Virus record (IMG/VR): IMGVR_UViG_3300028454_001154
Source of the DNA: an uncultured virus (IMG/VR IMGVR_UViG_3300028454_001154)
Taxonomy: Duplodnaviria; Heunggongvirae; Uroviricota; Caudoviricetes
Strand: one strand, 5' to 3'
Length of the DNA: 64,000 nucleotides
Shown: positions 63,021 through 64,000 of the stretch, one piece after another
Position numbering within the stretch: the stretch's first letter is position 1
How the letters are laid out: every line of letters begins with the position of its first letter
Notes under the pieces: generated by a model
The model's database searches: none
What the model saw: only the letters and a program-made list of their open reading frames with translations
What the model was told of the DNA's origin: nothing
Translations under genes and position numbers: made by a program

Positions 63021-64000
63021 ATGCTACTCTTAACAAATGGAGGCCGTGACCTCCTTGCCAGAACTGTAGCTGGTGAAACGGGGATAGTATTCACCAAAGT
63101 ACAGCGAGGCAATGGCTCTGATCAAGGCCGCACTGCCACAGCTCTGGGAAACAGCCTTCTGGAGGTTGGTATCAGCAGTTATGAGATTAACGTTGACGGC
63201 ACGATCACCTTGCATTGGAACTACAACAATGCCAATGTCTTTAGCGGATTCCGGGCCACCGAACTTGGCATTTTTGCCGTTGAAGATGAAGATGACGCCG
63301 ACGATCCAACTGCCCAGATTCTGTTTGCTTATGAATACTGCCCGAGTGCGGATGCCGATTATGTTCCGGCGAACAGCAGCGGACGGATCGTAACCACGTC
63401 TTTTGATACTGATGTGTACATCGGCGATGCAACAGATGTCAGCGTAGTCATTTCGGAGAGCTCCATTTATGCGACAAAAGCAGAGCTTGATGCTCTGGCA
63501 GACGAGGTTGACAACTTGGGCCCGAGTGATGTTGGTCTCGGCAATGTGCCGAACGTTAGCACGAATGAACAGACGCCGACATATACAGTCGCTCAAACGC
63601 TTTCCAATCTTGTAAGTGGAGAGCATCTCAGCATTGCTTTTAGCAAAATCTCCAAGGCGATTTCCAGCCTTATCGACCACATTGCAAACCGAAGCAATCC
63701 TCATGGAGTAACCGCCACTCAAATAGGTGCTGCCGCAGAAGATCATACTCATGGAGCATCTGATATTTCTTCCGGTGTCTTATCTATCGAAAGAGGCGGA
63801 ACTGGAAACATAGATGGCGCTGCGCAAAAACTGTATTCAGCTCGCTTGCTTCGCGTCAATCTGGAGAGCTCAGATGCCGTCACATTTAACGGAACGCAAA
63901 ATGCCGACAATATAGGGACTTCGGGAGTTCTTCCCATTCACAAAGGCGGCACAGGACGAGTTGACGGACATGCTATCGCTCTGGCAAATAAGAGACAGAT
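63021..64000 (+). CDS. Tail fibre protein (partial, runs off the window)
   Basis: ATG 63021 after AGGAGG: MLLLTNGGRDLLA..., DVGLGNVPNV, H..N.SNPH.VT..Q.GA, repeated GVL.I..GGTG. Confidence 0.8.
   Translation, partial: MLLLTNGGRDLLARTVAGETGIVFTKVQRGNGSDQGRTATALGNSLLEVGISSYEINVDGTITLHWNYNNANVFSGFRATELGIFAVEDEDDADDPTAQILFAYEYCPSADADYVPANSSGRIVTTSFDTDVYIGDATDVSVVISESSIYATKAELDALADEVDNLGPSDVGLGNVPNVSTNEQTPTYTVAQTLSNLVSGEHLSIAFSKISKAISSLIDHIANRSNPHGVTATQIGAAAEDHTHGASDISSGVLSIERGGTGNIDGAAQKLYSARLLRVNLESSDAVTFNGTQNADNIGTSGVLPIHKGGTGRVDGHAIALANKRQ

Larger units (their letters stand above)
990..64000. mobile_element. Temperate prophage with contractile tail (left part; right end outside window)
   Basis: Ordered integrase, repressor/Cro, replication, terminase, portal, capsid, sheath, tape measure and baseplate genes. 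GC content drops at ~990. Left boundary is approximate. Confidence 0.95.

Overview
The window starts with a host queA gene (1-1029). From about position 990 to the end it is the left ~63 kb of a temperate prophage with a contractile (myovirus-type) tail. The host is inferred to be a Bacillota/Clostridia member, and the prophage runs off the right edge inside a tail-fibre gene. Gene order: large serine recombinase; CI/Cro switch; recombination and replication genes (exonuclease, RecT-like, initiator, DnaC-like, RusA, ThyX, SSB); ArpU/RinA-like activator; a 5.8 kb island of small genes; a putative sugar-based DNA-modification cluster; terminase; a tRNA/ncRNA region; head genes; tail and baseplate genes. 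The most striking feature is a set of seven ORFs in the late/head region, one of them the portal itself. Together they carry about eleven predicted effector domains: six ADP-ribosyltransferase-like, an Ntox50-like RNase, a papain-like deamidase, a GNAT-like domain, a ParB-like domain and a zincin peptidase. These domains are introduced by a recurring [R/H/N]-x-D site, usually followed by one of a few short reused peptide modules. Three of the ORFs share a ~40-aa leader, and six are followed by a small candidate immunity gene. I infer a protease-matured, capsid-packaged polymorphic effector system that does not rely on MuF fusion. All family assignments come from motifs recognised by eye; no database searches were run.
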